A stretch of 64,000 bases of DNA from Anthoceros angustus (GCA_010909165.1 MU008152.1:558001-622000); one strand, 5' to 3'. Shown: positions 1 through 12,199, counted from the first letter of the stretch. Numbers and translations: made by a program. Notes: generated by a model from the sequence alone, not told the origin.

Positions 1-92
1 ATACTACTTAAATTACATAAATAAGTCTTAAGTTGAATGAATGAATATAAGTCTAACAAGTAGTCACATTATTAGACTCTAAAACATTCCGT
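1..92. repeat. AT-rich dispersed repeat fragment (family A)
   Basis: atactacttaaattacataaataagtcttaagttgaat... recurs at 3122-3140 continuing at 4666-4745, and in diverged form at ~18100-18135. Confidence 0.8.
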
Positions 93-844
93 ATGCTAGT
101 CCAGGAGAGCCAATTTGGGCTAAGGCATATGCTGGTCAAGGAGAGCCAATTTAGGCTAAGGCCGACATGTGCGGGTGAAGCAAACAAAAGAGAATTGTAC
201 ATCATGCTTCTAGGTTACTGCAGTTGTTCATACAATTGTCTGTTTATGCCTAGTTGCTCCTCTGAAATTCTTGTGTGCTATCTCAACTCAAACTCAAGCC
301 TTTGTTTGTCCCCTGAAGGAATCCGCACCCCTTCCGGGTAAACGGGTGGGGGAGCAAGATTCATGTTCTGGACCTCCTCAATTCCTTGATGTGCTGTAGT
401 GTAATCATTTTTATATCTCTCTGCAGGGCTCATCTACCACCTCATTCAATTTGTGTTTACAGACCGACTATGCTCACTAGTGGTGCCATGGCTGGAACCA
501 AATGGCGCTTTGGTTATCTTGTAGACTACCAACCTAAACTCCAGTTGTTCATTGTTTCTTGCCTTCAATATAGAATTGCTTGAGTCGGCTTCCCGATCCG
601 ACAAGCATCACATCTCTTAACAAATTGGTGTGTTTCATACATGGTGGGCCACCGCATCTACCTCAAGATTTTCTTGGTGGTGACTGTCTTTGCATAATGT
701 CCACCACCCAGGTCCTTCGTGCATCCCCTTTATTACCACCTCCGCTTCACTGCTGAGGTACTGCTCCACAGTCCGCCCCACCTTAAAGATGCAACAGAGC
801 AGTTAAAAGGGCGAGCGAGTGCACAAAGGCTCGCTGGCTGACCT

Positions 845-1633
845 TTAGTCCGCTTGGTAGTTCCATCTCCCATAGGTACCGTTCCAACTCCGCATAAGAG
901 GGCCGCCCCCCTTCTCCGCTTCTGCCGTGGGTCCACTGTTCACAAGCTTAGGGTTTGTCCGGCTGCACTCCTCCACGTCTTCCTCCACCACGGCTACCAA
1001 TTCTTCGTCCGGGAAGGTGTCCTCCTGATCCTGCAGGACCGGCTCTGTCTTTAATGTGGACAGGAAGTCAGCGTTTTGGTGTTGCCGCCCTTGCCTGGTT
1101 TCCACCTTAAAGGTGAACTCCTGTAGCAACAGAATCCACCTCGCAATTTGCCCGGACAGATCTGCTTTGTTCACCAAATGCTTGAGCGCAAAGTGATTGA
1201 CATAGAACACAAACTCATTGGGCAGAAGGTAATGCCTGAATTTCTTAACTGCGTATACCATCCCCAATGCTTCGCGCTCCGTAGTAGTGTACCTCCGTTC
1301 TGCATGCGTGAGCTGTCTTCCGGCGTAGTAGATTGGATTATCCCTCCGCTTGTCGTCCTTTTGACTGAGCACTACTCCGATGGCAAAGGCCGACACATCC
1401 ACATACACGTGGAATCGCTTTCCCCAGTCCGGACCTTTTAATACTGGGGCACTGATCAGGGTGGTTTGTAGGTCTCTGAATGCCGCCTCCCTTTCTGGTG
1501 TCCAGGTCCATTCCTCCTCCTTCCTGAGTTTCGGCATTATTGGGCCCTGCTTATCATGCAACCAGCGGAAAACTAGATTGGGGGCTATGCTTATGGACGA
1601 AGACCTGTGTGAGTTACATCGGGTTATGAACAA
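845..1633 (-). pseudogene. pol: Ty3/Gypsy pol fragment (RT connection + RNase H)
   Basis: ORF carries FHVYVDVSAFAIGVVLSQ, IYYAGRQL..AERRYTTTEREALGMVYAVKKFRHYL and GQIARWILLLQEF, the Ty3-type RNase H motifs. FPDEELVAV is shared with the large element at 24.6-30.6 kb. Confidence 0.9.
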
Positions 1634-1869
1634 GTTTGGTCATAGATCGCATAGTGCATCTGCAAGGTGTTGGGGAATTCTCATTTCAGGGTTATTGTGA
1701 CTTGTGTCATGTTTGGCTTGGACGAAATCTTCAGGGTTTGAAGCAAGACTTACGGGAGACCATGAATCAACTTGGCAAGACCTTGGTTCAGGGACCACCT
1801 AGATTTTGCACTATATCTGCCTTAGTTGCGGAATGGCAAAAATCTTTGAAGCAGACCCCGCTGGATTTT

Positions 1870-2160
1870 GAGGAGACCATGAATTCCCTGCCCCATTCCT
1901 GGCAATGGCTGCAGGAACTATATGAGCTGGGGGCTCATGTCTATGAGGGAGTCCAACATGGTTCTTTGTTGCCTCCACAAATTCACCTCTTCAAGACTCT
2001 AGATTTTGAGGAGATGTAGAGCACAAATTTCATGCCCTATAATTCCTGGCAGTAGCTAAAGGAACTACTAATGGGCTGGGGGCTCACATCCATGATCAGG
2101 AGTCCAATAGGGTTCTTTGCTGCCTCCACATGTAAATCGACCTCTTCAAGACTCTCCTTT
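1870..2160. repeat. Degenerate ~155-bp tandem duplication
   Basis: catgaattccctgccccattcctggc...ggggctca...gagtccaacatggttctttg...cctcttcaagactct occurs at ~1878-2000 and again at ~2031-2155. Confidence 0.7.
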
Positions 2161-2339
2161 AGCAATGTGTTCTCCTTTCCTAGCTGGAGGAGTGGGCTAG
2201 GGCCCCAATCCCCTCATACTTGCATTACGTCATGTCTTGGCTGAAGGACCTAGCCTAGGTTCTTTTTGATTCCCTACACCTTGTTGTTCTTCACTACCAT
2301 TTTTGACAATTACAGGTTCTTGCTCGATTTTCCTTATGT

Positions 2340-2640
2340 AGCTTCTAGGTGATGGGTGTTTTGGGTGTCTCCCTCCAGCCTCTGCTTGCCTATTGTTGTT
2401 TCAAGTTCTCGACTACTTGTTTTGTTTTGTCAATGCCATCGCTTTCTAGAGTGATAGGAAGGAATCGGGAGGCGCAAAAAAACACAATTGTAGGACCTAT
2501 AAATATTAAAAGCTATCAGGACAAGCACACATTCAAGATTGTAAGGCCTAGAAATAGCAATAGTCAAATTGTCTTGTCATCTGGTCAACGTTGGCCTCTA
2601 CCATGAGAATCTGAGTGAGTCTTTAGTATGTACCCATGAC
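2340..2640 (+). repeat. Direct repeat of 7545-7915; promoter-like block with a TATA box (cctataaata ~2496)
   Basis: Near-collinear match to 7545-7915, e.g. ctagagtgat[a/c]ggaaggaatcggga and taggacctataaatatt. Both copies precede pieces of the same unknown gene. Confidence 0.8.
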
Positions 2641-2698
2641 AGACAACAGAAATCAAGCGGCTTGGTGGTTAGAAGACTTGACCTAAGCGGGGCGTGAT

Positions 2699-2992
2699 AT
2701 GGCGCGACCAAGGTGGCAGTAGCAGCAAGCACAATAGTAGGCGATGACTAGACGTGCCGCCAGAAGGAGGAGGAAGCCCGTGTTCGACAAGGCTCACTTT
2801 TGCACCATCGGCCTGAGTGATCAAGGCCTTGACCCAAAAGACGCTCGTGCCTTGGACCGGATTGTGATCAAACAGGACTTGATGGACGAGTTCGGCTGGA
2901 CCAGCCATCGTGGTCCCATCAACCTCAAATGCGCTCGCACCATAGAGCTCCCATTTCTGAAAACCCAGAGGAACAAGGTGTATTCTCTCTGA
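2699..2992 (+). pseudogene. Unknown gene family X, N-terminal half
   Basis: HFCTIGLSDQGLDP...DEFGW...ARTIELPFLKT..NKVY aligns with the 14122-15707 protein. ATG at 2699 is followed by premature TAG codons. Confidence 0.8.
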
Positions 2993-3004
2993 TCCTCAAG
3001 TATT

Positions 3005-3140
3005 TTATAGTCATCCCTTCAAGTCTAACTCCCCAAGTGGAGTCTAGCATGCCCCTATTGTAGGGACAACATCATTTATGCACACTACATATATCCTCAA
3101 AATGTAATAGAGAAAGTAGAAATACTACTTAAATTACATA
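3005..3140. repeat. Family A repeat, left of the LINE insertion
   Basis: aactccccaagtggagtctagcatgccc...ggacaacatcatttatg...aaaatgtaatag matches 18005-18090. Confidence 0.8.
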
Positions 3141-4665
3141 CATAACATAGGATTATGTGGACGCGGCTTTGGCTGAGGATTTGGCGCACATCGACGACCT
3201 TTCTCAACTGGGAGACCCGCAAGTGGCGTTTGGGATCCTCTTCTTTTGTTTTGTGTGCCGGCCAGGGTACCTTCTCCGAACGGTTGCCCCCTCCTCGGTT
3301 TTTTTGTCTAGCCTAAGGAATTTCGACAAGCGGCTTATGTAGGTTTTAGGCGACATCATCGGCCCAGGCACCTTTGAGTGTGCGGCCGGGGATCTTGCGA
3401 AGCGGCAGGCGTTCCCTCCCATCGCTTTTGGGGGCACTGGTTTGCTGGTCACGGAGGCCTCCGTGCTAGCGGCTTAGGAGCCGGCCTCTCCCATCTTGTC
3501 CTCCCGTTTCTTGATTCACATATCCTAGAGGCTTTTGTCGCGGGCGTTGAGGAGGGGACTTTTCCCATGCAGGCCTTACTAAGATTAGCCTAGGACTCTT
3601 TATCCTCCGAGGCGAGGACTGCCATGCCGTCTTTTTCCTCGCTTTCCAAGGGTGGGCTCCGGGGGCTTTAGGCGTCCCTCCTGGAGAAACAATACGGGCA
3701 GGCGGAATTGGCCCTCCTCCAGGATTCCTCCATTTCTAGGCCCACTCGGGCTCGTCTCCGCTCTTGCTCAGGAAAGGGGGCAGGTTCCTGGCTTATGGCT
3801 CGACCTAGTATTCAGGTATTCCACATCGCACCAGCAACTTTTTCCACCGTGATGCGTTTTCGCCTTGGCTTAGTCCATCCTCTGGCTTGCTCTCTTTCAA
3901 CTTGTAGCTGTGGGGCCCCTCTCGATGACTCTGGGATGCACTTGGCTTGTTGTCCCGCGGGTGGATAGCGTATCGCTACACATGACGCCGTCCGGGACGT
4001 CATGTTCTCTATTGCTAGGGAAGGCGGGTTCCTTCCATTTAGGGAGCGCTCTTGCACCTTGCTCAACGGGGTTTCGCTTAGGGCAAACCTATTTTTGACC
4101 CAGGGGGATCAGGTTTCGGTTGCTGATGTGGTTGTAACCGATCCCACCCGGGAGAGTGTCTGTGAACATGTTATTCTTAACCCTTCAGGTTGGGCGGCGG
4201 AGGGATGCGAGATGGCTAAGGTCCATAAGTACTCTCCTATGCAAGACGGCCATACCTTCGTCCCCCTTGCCATTGAGACTCACGGAGCCATGGGCAAGGA
4301 TTTCTCTAGGTTCGTCAAGGCCTACGCCAAGGCTTATCATAGCCGCAGGAATGGGGTTGGCCTCCCCATTTCTGGTATTGTTGCTTTCTTCCGGCAGAGA
4401 GTTTCCATCGCTCTGCAGAGGGCGTTGGCTAATGCAGAATATAGAATGACAGCGAGCGCGGGAGATGCAGCTTCTTCGACACCGTTGGTAAGTAGGCCTT
4501 TTCACATCCCTGACCACGAAGTTCTTCGGGCGGTTGGTAGTTTTGAAATGCGTGATCGTGGGGGGTAGTCCCCCTGGCATGGTGCCCTTTGTTGGGTTTT
4601 TTCCCCTATGTTTTTTGGTGGATGGGTTTTTCCCATCTCTTTTTTATAATAAAGTCTTCTTTTCC
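3141..4665 (+). mobile_element. 5'-truncated CRE-like non-LTR retrotransposon (restriction-like endonuclease type)
   Basis: Broken frames give a post-RT region (LGDPQVAFGILF..RPGYLLRT), a Zn motif (RLGL..CSCG..LDDSGMHLACC..GG..HDAVRD) and an RLE-like region (VADVVVTDP..EMAKVHKY..FVPLAIETHG). Flanked by the 13-bp direct repeat cttaaattacata (3128-3140 and 4666-4678). Confidence 0.85.
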
Positions 4666-4862
4666 CTTAAATTACATAAATAAGTCTTAAGTTGAATACA
4701 TGAATACAAGTCTAACATGTAGTCACATTATTAGACCCTAAAGCATGCAGACCTCGAAGTCTATATGTTTGAAGTTGAAGTTGCATAAATAAGTATTAAG
4801 TGGAATACATGAATATATACAAGTTGAATTAGTAGCCATATTATTCGACTCCGAGACATGTA

Positions 4863-5258
4863 GACATGGAAGTCTAAATATTTGAAGTTGCATTCTGTAG
4901 ATCTAAAATCAACGACATGGAAGTCTAAATATTTGAAGTTGCATTACGTAGATCTTAAATCAACGACATGGAAGTCTAAATATTTGAATTTGCATGTAGA
5001 TTTTAAATCAACGACATGGAAGTCTAAATATTTGAAGTTGCATTACTTAGATCTTAAATCAACGACATGGAAGTCTAAATATTTGAATTTGCATGTAGAT
5101 TTTAAATCAACGACATGGAAGTCTAAATATTTGAAGTTGCATGTAAATCTTAAATCAACGACATGGAAGTCTAAATATTTGAAGTTGCATGTAGATCTTA
5201 AATCAATGACATGGAAGTCTAAATATTTGAAGTTGCATGTAGATCTTAAATCAAAATT
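4863..5258. repeat. 48/51-bp minisatellite, about 8 copies
   Basis: Unit gacatggaagtctaaatatttgaagttgcat(tac)gtagatcttaaatcaac starts at 4863, 4914, 4965, 5013, 5064, 5112, 5160 and 5208. Confidence 0.95.
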
Positions 5259-6480
5259 GATTCTTAGAAAACTGGGCCGATGGAATGGTCCCTCCCTTGT
5301 GCGCCTCGGGTATCAAATATGTTTGCTGAAAATGGCGTACCTTCCACGTTCCAGGGTGACTTTGGACTGTGACGTCCTCGGGCATCCTGGCTTCTCCTCT
5401 TATGGCTCGCAACCGCCGCGCACACTCCTGCACCAATGTTGGGCTTGAAAAGTGCCATCCAGGCACCAAATACAACCTCTCCATCTTCAATTCCTCAGCA
5501 TAGCGCTCGAAAGCGTCCAAGCCTTGAGGCGAAATTTGGATGGGGCGGCAGTCAAACTCGGGCATGGGATGCTTTTTTCCTTTGCCTCGAGTAGGAGGTG
5601 TGGGCGGCACTGCCTTTCTTCCATCCCCTTGAGTTGGGGTGCCACCACCCGTCCTCACAATTCTCACCATCTACACAAGCACACACAAGGATAGAATTTG
5701 GAAGGTAGGGGGAAGCAACCTATCAGGCTAGAGAGGAAGATCTTCGTAAGCAAAGAAAAAGGCACCAAGGTCGCCAATCAAGAGGTCTCCCTCCCTCGGA
5801 CTGGAACCAAACCCCACAAACTCCTCGCTTGCACTTGCCAAAAAGGCAGCTCCTCTTCTCCAACAAGCTCTCTCCCTCCTAGCTCCTCTCCAACTTGCGC
5901 ACCTTCACAATTCTCAGCTCAAACACCACCTAGCACCTACTCGCTTCTTCTCCAGCGAACTCTCTTGGTCTCGTGTGCCCAAGCCAAGCCTCTACTTCCA
6001 GCTCGCTTCGCGCCCCTTCGCAATCGCTCCCTTCAAACAAGTCGGGGCACCGCCTCGCGCCTCTTCCTTCCTCACTCCAGAAAACGCTGGGGGTCCCCCC
6101 CCTTCTTGCCTTCGCTCGAGAAATTCTGCCTCGCGCGCAAAAATTCCAGCTTATGTGCGCTCGCAGATGTCTTCCTCCTCTTGTTCGCGGCCGCCGACTT
6201 CTTCAGTTTACTCCCAAAATGCCCACACCCCGGCTTACTGAGGGTTTTGCCGGTACATGCAGATCTCAATGGCGATTTTCCCAATTACGCTCCATCATGA
6301 TGTCCACCATGTGGCACCATCGATGGTGCTTCTATTCAAAAACTTGATTTGCTATATCTGCCCCCCCTTTGCATATATAATAGTCTCCTCTGCATGCGCG
6401 ATTTTCGAAGGCCAAGGAAGTTATCTTCCTCGCTCCTCGGAGTAACCGCTCCAACTTTTCCTGCCCGAAGGCCAAGGTTC
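5259..6480 (-). mobile_element. Relic of a related-family LTR carrying the 5' part of the LTR-encoded ORF
   Basis: ORF 5251-5670 (MVRIVRTG...QSHPGTWKVRHFQQTYLIPEAHKGGTIP) is homologous to the ORF starting at 23652 (MVKIVRTG...HPGMWKVRH..YDLIPEAHKGGIIP). Upstream gcatatata (6371) and gaaggccaaggaa (6407) mirror 24261 and 24291. Confidence 0.75.
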
Positions 6481-6846
6481 ACCTACTCCATCCTCCAAAG
6501 ATCAAGGTACTTTTTCCTACCACGATCTACCAAAGACCAAGGACCTTTTTGCTTATAAAACTAAGTGCCATAATTAGTTTGTAAATCCCAAAGGTTATGA
6601 CTCTATTGGAGACTCGAAGTCCCGTTTCTACCGTCCTTCTACCGACTGTCTATGACGACTCGAGTCGCGCTCCTGCTACATTGGTCAGAAACCATCTACC
6701 TACCTTTTACCTAAATGACCAAACTTTTTTACTCCACAACAATCAAGGTTGCATCTTCTTAGCCAAGAGTGCCCTAAAAATAACAAACTTAAAAGTCATG
6801 CATCTTCTGGAAAGTATCTTCTAGAAAGCCAAAAGTAAAGGGCAAG

Positions 6847-6960
6847 TCAAGTGACCAGTAGGATTCAAGGTCAAGTGACCAATAGGCCTCGAGGTCAAGT
6901 AACCAATAGGATTCAAGGTCAAGTGACCAGTAGGATTAAAGTCTAGGACTATATAAGGCC
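6847..6960 (+). promoter_or_regulatory. Four 24-bp tandem repeats followed by a TATA box (LTR U3-like)
   Basis: tcaagtgaccaataggattcaagg-like units at 6847, 6871, 6895 and 6919, then ctatataagg at ~6949. Confidence 0.6.
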
Positions 6961-7196
6961 AAGCCCACCTACATGTGAGGTGTGGTGTGTGCAAGCGTTC
7001 TTGTGTGCTCGTGTGCTAGTATCTATTGTGCCTAGTGCAAATAACCCATATTGTATGGGAGTGTTGTGTTCCCTCTCTATAGAGGCTGAGCTCTTTTCCT
7101 ATCATAAGGCCAACTCCCTCCAGGCAGCTGGGATCCATCGCACCTAGAAAGCAATTTACCCATTCTATATGATGAGCTAGGGGAGCCAATTTGGCT

Positions 7197-7600
7197 GTTG
7201 CTTGTGTAGGTGTTGGGTGATGGATGTTTTGGGCGTCTCCCTATAGCCTCTTGGCTATTCCTTATGTAGGTGCTATTCCTTATGACTATTGCTTATGTAG
7301 GTGCTATTCCTTATGTAGGTGCTGGGTGATGATGTTTTGGGCGTCTCCCTGTAGCCTCTTGACTATTCCTTGTGTAGGTGTTGGGTGATGGATGTTTTGG
7401 GCGTCTCCCTATAGCCTCTTGGCTATTCCTTATGTAGGTGCTATTCCTTATGACTATTGCTTATGTAGGTGCTATTCCTTATGTAGGTGCTGGGTGATGA
7501 TGTTTTGGGCGTCTCCCTGTAGCCTCTTGACTATTCCTTATGTAGGTGCTGGGTGATGGATGTTTTGGGCGTCTCCCTGTAGCCTTTGCCTGGCTATTGT
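7197..7600. repeat. Higher-order tandem repeat (168-bp period built from ~59-bp and ~20-bp subunits)
   Basis: ctt[g/a]tgtaggtg..gggtgatggatgttttgggcgtctccct at 7201, 7369 and 7537. Confidence 0.85.
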
Positions 7601-7935
7601 TGTTTCTAGTTCTGGCCAGACTTGCACAGGGTTAAACCGCGGAAGCAGCCGCCCCAGCTTACAACGGCTAAGGTATTGACCTCAAAGCTCTGTTTTTGTC
7701 AATGCTATCGTTTCTCTAGAGTGATCGGAAGGAATCGGGAGCCGCAAAAAAACACAGTTGTAGGACCTATAAATATTGAAAGGACAAGCACACATACAGT
7801 ATGTACAAGATTGTAAGGCCTAGAAACAGCACGAGTCAAATTGTCATGTCATCTGGTCAACATTGGCTTCTACCATGAGAATCTGAGTGAGTCTGTAGTA
7901 TGTACCTATGACCATCACAGTTGTAAGTTGTAAGC

Positions 7936-8988
7936 AATTGGAGCCACGTGAGCCTCTGCTTTGCGAGAGGGGCCATCGCCACGCGCAGAGGTCTGCAAGT
8001 GGATTGGGCAACCTTCGCCTTCGATTCCCAGTTCAGAGGCGGATACCCCCAGGACAGGACAAGATCCACCTGTGAGCACGGCTGCTTCTGCTTCTGCTCC
8101 CAGGCAAGGAGGAGGAGGGGCCGCCCGGTCTGCTCCCGATTTGGTGCAGGAGGCAACATGCGAGGAGAACCGCGGGATGGAGGTACCGGAGGTGGATTAT
8201 GAGACCCGGCCTCAGGGCATGCTTGTCTGTGTGGGCCAGGAGGAAGCGCGCGCCGCTGAGCCCAGGTCTGGATGTGACTCCAAGTTGTACAATGGAGTGA
8301 GCTGCAGCCACGAGAGGAAGAATAGGCTGTACAGCGAGCTCCGAAACTGGGTAAAGCATTTCCGGATGATTGCGCAGGAGGGTACAGAGGGCATGGCGCA
8401 GGAAAGTAGCCCGGGTGAGAATTCACAGGTTGCTCGGGATCTGGAATCGAGCCATCGTGAGCTTGGCCCGGTTAGACCGAGTCCACAGCTGGACTTGAAA
8501 GACGAAACGCACATGGATATCTCCGGTGGCCAGGAATCAGCTTGCTTGCCCCTGCCACAGCCCTGGACAAGCCCCAGGTTTGAGGATATTAGGCCCTTGA
8601 CAAGCAGGCCTAGCGTATAGCATCCAAAGCCTCGTCCTCAGCCTGCGTGCCCAGCTGCTTCTCGTGGTGAGTTAATTCCGTTGGACCCATGATTCACAAA
8701 TTTCAGGGCATGCTTAACTTGTATGTGCTTAATTGTCTGATCTGTGATGCTTACTCATGTGTGTACATATGTAGAGGGCATGGTGAAGGGAAGTGGTCGC
8801 CCGGGTGTGAAATCACAGGCTGCTCAGGATATGGAAGCGAGGAATCGTGAGCCTGACCCGGCTGGACCGAGTCCACTGGTGGACTCGAACGAAGAAATGC
8901 AGGTGGATGTCCCCTGTGGCAAGGAATCCGATTGCTTGGCCCTGGCACAGTTCAGGGTCCCGGGTCTGAGGATATCAGGCCCCTGGCA
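7936..8988 (+). pseudogene. Unknown gene family X, C-terminal half, with intron 8667-8774
   Basis: Inverted homologue of 14370-15380 (RGAIATRRGLQVDWATFA). GT..AG intron at the same position as in the 14.1-15.7 kb copy. Premature stop at 8618-8620. Confidence 0.8.
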
Positions 8989-8989
8989 T

Positions 8990-11657
8990 TGGTCATCGTC
9001 CTCAACTTCTCTGCTCCATCTGGGAATCCACCCTCAATGGAGCAGCACAGACCCAGGCCCCTCGCCCACAGCACAGCAAGCAAGCTTGAAGCCTGGCAAG
9101 CAGCGGGCTTTCTCACCACCGTCAGACCTCTCACATGGAACTTCCATTGTCGGCTCTAATTGCTCCCTCACAGAGCGCCAGCAGGAGGATTTTCAAGGCC
9201 TTCTCAACAAAGGCAGGGACTTGGCGAAATTTGATGAGACTGGAGGCGCCTACAGCTTCCGGAGCCTCGTCAGGAACTCCAGTGTACCCAGAGGTGTTGC
9301 AGGGTGGCAGCCCAAAGAACCGGCCACCACTGAAGCTGGAGGAAAGGCCGGTATCCCGAAGCGAGCAGTACTTTCTGAGAGCACAATGGAAGAGTTGTGG
9401 AGAACCCGTCTGAGCCAGGCTTCAACAGCTTTCCATGCGGCGCGAGCGAAGTCACACCTAAAAAAGATATGCTCGGTTTTATGTTCTGAACCCTGATCGC
9501 ACATGATGCAGGTGGACACACCTGCCGCCTCAAAGCCCATTCCACCTGTCGGAGTTCGGCAAAGCCGTCTGCCACATCTTCCAAATGGTATACCTGTGCT
9601 TCTCGATGATCCTCTTTGCTTTCCAAAGCATTCTTAGCATGTGTAATTGAGTGGGTGAATTCAACAAGCGGCGGGGAGTCAGCGTCTTTCTGCCCTTGGG
9701 CTGCAGTTCTTTGATAAGTAGTCGGTAGATCAATGAGGTGCTCACATTCAGGAGGGAGCTAGTGGCAGGAGTGCCAGTAGCAGCAGCATCTCCAGTGGTG
9801 AGGAGAGATAACAAGTGAGGACTCATCAGTCATGCCAGCCCAACAAAAGCACCCCGTCCCCCAGCATTCGGGGCTGCACAGAAGTTTTTGTCTCAGGAGC
9901 CATTATCGAGAGGTAGCAGCACCGAAGAGAATAACAACAGGAGACAGAAAAGCACCCTGTAAAACAGCCTCCCTCTGTGTAAGCGAGAGGATCCCTTCCC
10001 TCGAGCTGGGTTTGTAGATGTCAGCCAAGAACCCGGGGCCAACCTGTCTGGTGATATAGAAGACCGAATCGCCCAGTAACATGGAAAATCACCAAAGGTA
10101 ACCTCATCCCCCATTTCCAAAGCGGAGTAAACAGCGTCTGCCAAAGCCGTCTGAACAGATGACAGGAGAAACTTGGCACAACGGCTGTTGATGTTGAACT
10201 CGTACATAAGGTCGTCAGGATGCTTCCAACGCTCAGTGGCTAAGTTCCACACGTGCCGAATGGCGTACAGACCCTGCAGGCTGGCATTTTTGATATGTTG
10301 AGAGCCACCCATGCGGATACGGAGTTCTGGTTTTCATACATGGCAGCATCCGTGAATGGGAAGAGACAGGGGCTGTGCTCTGCTAACGGGCGGGGTCCAG
10401 GAACACAGGTTAGTAGCCCGTTTGAAACTGCTCCAAATCGCATGCCACAGAGAGGAGCCTGATGGGTCATCAAAACAGGCAGAAGGCGATGGGTAATCAA
10501 CTTGGGCTCAGGGCTTGAAGAATCCATTGCCCATGCAAAGCCGTGCTTTTTACAAACGGATCGACAAGACCGAGACCCCCAACGGCCTTAGGCTGAATTA
10601 GGAGCCGCCAGGCCACTCTATGGGCCTTGCTGCCTGCTTCCAAGGGCCCCTGCCCCACAGAAACTGCAAGATTAATTCCTTCAGTCTGGCCATGTCGGCC
10701 TTAGACGGAGCTCAGACAAAGACATAGTACCAAAGTGAGGAGGTAAGGATATGGTTAATAGCGATGGCCCTCGCAGGAGTGGACAGCTGTAATACTTGTA
10801 CATTGCGCGAGCCTTTCGAATGAATTTGGAGAGAACATATCTTCCGATCTCCATTCTCATCCCCTTCTTGCAGTGGGATACCCAGATATTTGTGAAAGTC
10901 GTTACCCTGCACCTTGTGGATGTGTCTGACGGAAGCAGGGACATCATCCCCAGCTTAACACAAAGCATAACCGTCTTGCCCCTATTGACCTTACATCCAG
11001 AGAGAACCCCAAATGTGTGCTCAATATGCAACATGGTGGAGAGGATCTGTCATCAGCTTTGGAGAACAACAGAGTGTCGTCCGCCAGACATGAGATTCTG
11101 GGCTCCTTCCCTGAGGGTCCTGAATGCTCACGATGTGTATTGGCGCATACAGCGCCACATAAAGTGCCACTCTATGGCACCGTAAGCCTTGCGGAAATCC
11201 AGAGAGATGATGATAGCTAGAACCTTTTGTTTGTGAAGCCACCACTTCACCTCGCGCACCATAGGCAGGTTGTCTAGGATGCAGCGCTTTTGATGAATGA
11301 GGCCTCTCTGCTCAGGAGCAACCCATTCATGGAGGAAAGGAACAATGCAATGCGGTTGGCCATGGACTTCGTCATGAGCTTGTAGATAGTGTTAAGCAAG
11401 CTGATAGGCCTCCAGTTGAGAAGGATTCAACCGCGTTGAGTTTGGGAGGAGGGTGATCAAGCTTTCATTGACAGTGGATCCCATAGTCCCTTGTGTCCCA
11501 GATATCTGCAAGAGCCCGCATAACAGCAAGTAAAGAATTGTTTTGGTCCAGGGACTTGCCAAGAGAGAAGTCCAGTGAAAGGCCTTATGCTGGAAACGAA
11601 GACATTATGTAGTAAGACGAGATACCCGTCCAAGGAGGACTAGCCCCGCGATCGCCT
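8990..11657 (-). pseudogene. L1-type LINE ORF2: RT and C-terminal zinc-finger region, degenerate
   Basis: Reverse-strand translation gives LITLLPK, NWRPISLLNTIYKL (~11400), LDFRKAY (~11190), SGCKVNRGKT, KYLGIPL and CIMC..TEHIFFRCDFARAAW (~9450). Many stops and frameshifts. Confidence 0.9.
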
Positions 11658-11658
11658 A

Positions 11659-11936
11659 TTTTGAAACTACCTACGCTCCGAGAATGTCGTGGTTTTAAAC
11701 TACCTACGCTCCGAGAATGTCGTGGTTTTGAAACTTACCTACGCTCCGAGAATGTCGTGGTTTTGAGAACTTACCTACGGTGTTAGAATGTCGTGGTTTT
11801 GAAACTTACCTACGCTCTTAGAATGTCGTGGTTTTGAAACTTGCCTCCACTCTTTGAATGTCGTGGTTTTGAAACTTAATTACGCTCCTAGAATGTCGTG
11901 GTTTTGAAACTAAGTACGCTCCGAGAATGTCGTGGT
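11659..11936. repeat. ~35-bp minisatellite, about 8 copies, inserted in the LINE
   Basis: ttttgaaacttacctacgctccgagaatgtcgtgg repeated. Confidence 0.95.
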
Positions 11937-12059
11937 CTGGATATGAAAAGGCCTACAACTACTGGTGCTGAAGACGTGGCATCCTGCGTTATGAAACAGC
12001 CTATCTACCAGTGGTGTTTTGAAGATGTCGGCCTGGGAGATCGCCCTCTCGAGGGCGAT

Positions 12060-12160
12060 CGACGCCGTCAAAGAATGCAGGACGATCGACACCCGTTGTC
12101 AAAGAATGCAGGACGATCGACACCCGTTGTCAAAGAATGCAGGACGATCGACACCGTTGC
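12060..12160. repeat. 31-bp tandem repeat, about 3 copies
   Basis: ccgttgtcaaagaatgcaggacgatcgacac repeated. Confidence 0.9.
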
Positions 12161-12199
12161 CAGAAGAAGGCAACCACGAAAGAAGAGGAAACCAAGCCT

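Noticed and set aside
4882-5448. 188-aa repetitive ORF (also 50116-50337 and 18433-18814)
   Set aside because: These are by-products of minisatellites whose unit lengths are multiples of three. There is no independent coding evidence.
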